Shown: in pieces, positions 62,311 to 64,000 of the stretch
Layout of the letters: every line of letters begins with the position of its first letter
How positions within the stretch are numbered: the first letter of the stretch is position 1
Assembly: GCF_040938485.1 (NCBI RefSeq)
Contig: NW_027272584.1
Span: forward strand, 186,001-250,000
Length of the DNA: 64,000 nt
Direction: 5' to 3'
Source: Diadema antillarum
Lineage: Eukaryota
The notes under the pieces: model-generated
What the model was told of the DNA's origin: nothing
The model's input: only the letters and a program-made list of their open reading frames with translations
The model's database searches: none
Made by a program: the position numbers and the translations under genes

Positions 62311-63441
62311 ATGGTTGTAGGATGGGCACGATACAATCCGTTTAGAAGGAAGTTTTGTCGGCTAATTCTCCTGGTCGTCATTATCCTGAATTTCGGCATC
62401 GCGATCCTGTTCCCCAAGAAAGTCTTTTCTGATGGAATGGCGCGAAAGTTGGTAGCTGACCAGGACATACCCAGGAGCACGTCTGTAGTAGACGAGCGAA
62501 ATTCAACCGTTGGTGGCGCTCCATCGATTGCTCCGAACTTGACAGTGCACGCCATGACGACGGCGAAATACACCTCCAGTGGGGACGCTGTCACTGAAGG
62601 CACGAAGCATGTCAATCCGCATGACTTCAAGTACGTCTACAACGAGCCGGATAGGTGTGAGAAGGGGGAGAATGCTAGCGACGCGTTTCTCCTCGTTTTG
62701 GTCTTGTCAAGTCCTGATCACTTCAAACAGCGTACAGCTATTCGCGACACCTGGGGCGGCGTGGCCAATGTAGATGGCCACGATGTTCGCGTCCTCTTTC
62801 TACTTGGGCAAAATAGTCCCGCCAACGGCACCTTAGAGTCACTCGTGAGAGCAGAGAGTGAGCAATTCCACGACATCATCCAGGAAGATTTTATCGACTC
62901 GTACGAAAACCTGACTTTGAAGACGATCGCGGTTATGAAGTGGGCAATGACCTTCTGCCCCAAGGTCGCCTACGTCATGAAAGCGGATGATGACGTACTG
63001 TTGCATATTTATAACTTGGTGTGGTTTCTGTCCAATCAGACGGCCAGTACTCTGAATAACTACATTCTCTGCGCGAGGTTTGCGGGGGTGAAGCCCATCC
63101 GCGATCCCAAGAACAAGTGGTACATGCCCGAAAGCCAGTTCCCCGGTGATGTGTACCCAGTCTACTGCTCAGGTCCCGGCTATGTGATGTCCTCCGATCT
63201 CCCCGCAGTGATCTACGAAGCTTCTCTGGACACTCCGGTCATACGACTCGAGGATGCCTATGTAGGGGTTTGCCTCAAGGGTCGCGGCGTGTCTGTCATG
63301 AATCACGAAGGTTTCTACTTTTTTACACAACCCTACTCATTTTGTAATCGACGATCGACGATGATTTTATGGCATAATACAGGACCGGATCAGATGCGGA
63401 AATACTGGGGTTCCCTCTTCACAGAAACGTGCGAAAATTAA
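62311..63441 (+). CDS. Beta-1,3-galactosyltransferase-like protein (GT31, B3GALT1/5-like), 376 aa, single coding exon
   Basis: Acceptor ttttcttggcag| at 62272, ATG at 62311. N-terminal TM (LILLVVIILNFGIAILF), then RTAIRDTWG, VLFLLG, DIIQEDFIDSYENLTLKT, KADDDV (DxD), YPVYCSGPGYV and EDAYVG. Confidence 0.95.
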   Translation: MVVGWARYNPFRRKFCRLILLVVIILNFGIAILFPKKVFSDGMARKLVADQDIPRSTSVVDERNSTVGGAPSIAPNLTVHAMTTAKYTSSGDAVTEGTKHVNPHDFKYVYNEPDRCEKGENASDAFLLVLVLSSPDHFKQRTAIRDTWGGVANVDGHDVRVLFLLGQNSPANGTLESLVRAESEQFHDIIQEDFIDSYENLTLKTIAVMKWAMTFCPKVAYVMKADDDVLLHIYNLVWFLSNQTASTLNNYILCARFAGVKPIRDPKNKWYMPESQFPGDVYPVYCSGPGYVMSSDLPAVIYEASLDTPVIRLEDAYVGVCLKGRGVSVMNHEGFYFFTQPYSFCNRRSTMILWHNTGPDQMRKYWGSLFTETCEN

Positions 63442-64000
63442 AAGGCATCTCGTAAGAACAGAGGCAACAATTCAATTCAACTTATTTTGCAGTAGGCCTA
63501 TTCAAATGGGTTATTCAATGACTGATTCAGAGGTGCAGCGGAGCATATTGAAAAATAAACTCACAGTTCGTTCGTCTCTTTAATTGCTTTTGCTGAAGAG
63601 TGCAGTCCGACCTTCCGCAATAGCTGGTGAACAAATTCAAGTTTTTGCTGTAAATGTTACGGTATTCCTGTGTGTTACATGAGACATGTTTCTTGAATAC
63701 AACTAAAAATATGCAAATTAAACATTAGCCGACGAAATCGTCTGGTAAGACACCTTCCGCACACATCACTGAAACTCCGTAAAACGAAGACTTACTTAAT
63801 CTCAACTGTATAGAGTTAAGTTAACCTGATACACGTAGTGCATTATGGTGACTTTTCAGGAACAGAATGGTTGGACGCTGCTTCATTTTTTCCCTTTCAG
63901 AAGACGATGAAACCTATAGGCCGGAATTCAGGAAGGCGGTACAAGGACAGTATAGTTTGTATGGGGCGCCAAGTGTCGTCGCATGGCCTATTTCGTTAAC

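Overview
Eukaryotic, AT-rich, repeat-dense genomic window from a gapped scaffold (four N runs). It looks like an invertebrate deuterostome, probably an echinoderm; this is inferred from gene and repeat style, not proven. Four protein-coding genes are supported. (1) A complete 8-exon PRDM9 (Meisetz) orthologue on + (116..11657, 876 aa by my exon join), with ancestral KRAB, SSXRD-like segment, zinc knuckle, PR/SET with all three catalytic tyrosines, two isolated fingers and a terminal 8 x 84-bp zinc-finger minisatellite. (2) A 5-exon SLC46/PCFT-family MFS transporter on - (22028..26668). (3) An intronless 350-aa ORF of unknown family on + (33804..34856). (4) An intronless GT31 beta-1,3-galactosyltransferase-like gene on + (62311..63441). 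The rest is mostly non-autonomous DNA transposons (Tc1/mariner-, Kolobok-, PIF/Harbinger-, hAT-, MULE- and P-like), LINE 3' ends and microsatellites. The main highlight is the PRDM9 finger array. It is homogenised down to synonymous sites, yet diverse at the DNA-contacting helix codons, which is the signature of mammalian hotspot-directing PRDM9, here in an apparent invertebrate. Secondary highlights are an unexplained pair of diverged inverted, possibly formerly coding segments (14.0-14.4 kb and 17.1-17.8 kb), a decayed SLC46 exon-1 duplicate, and a cluster of perfect fold-back hairpins beside assembly gaps. All alignments and counts were done by eye; no database searches were run.
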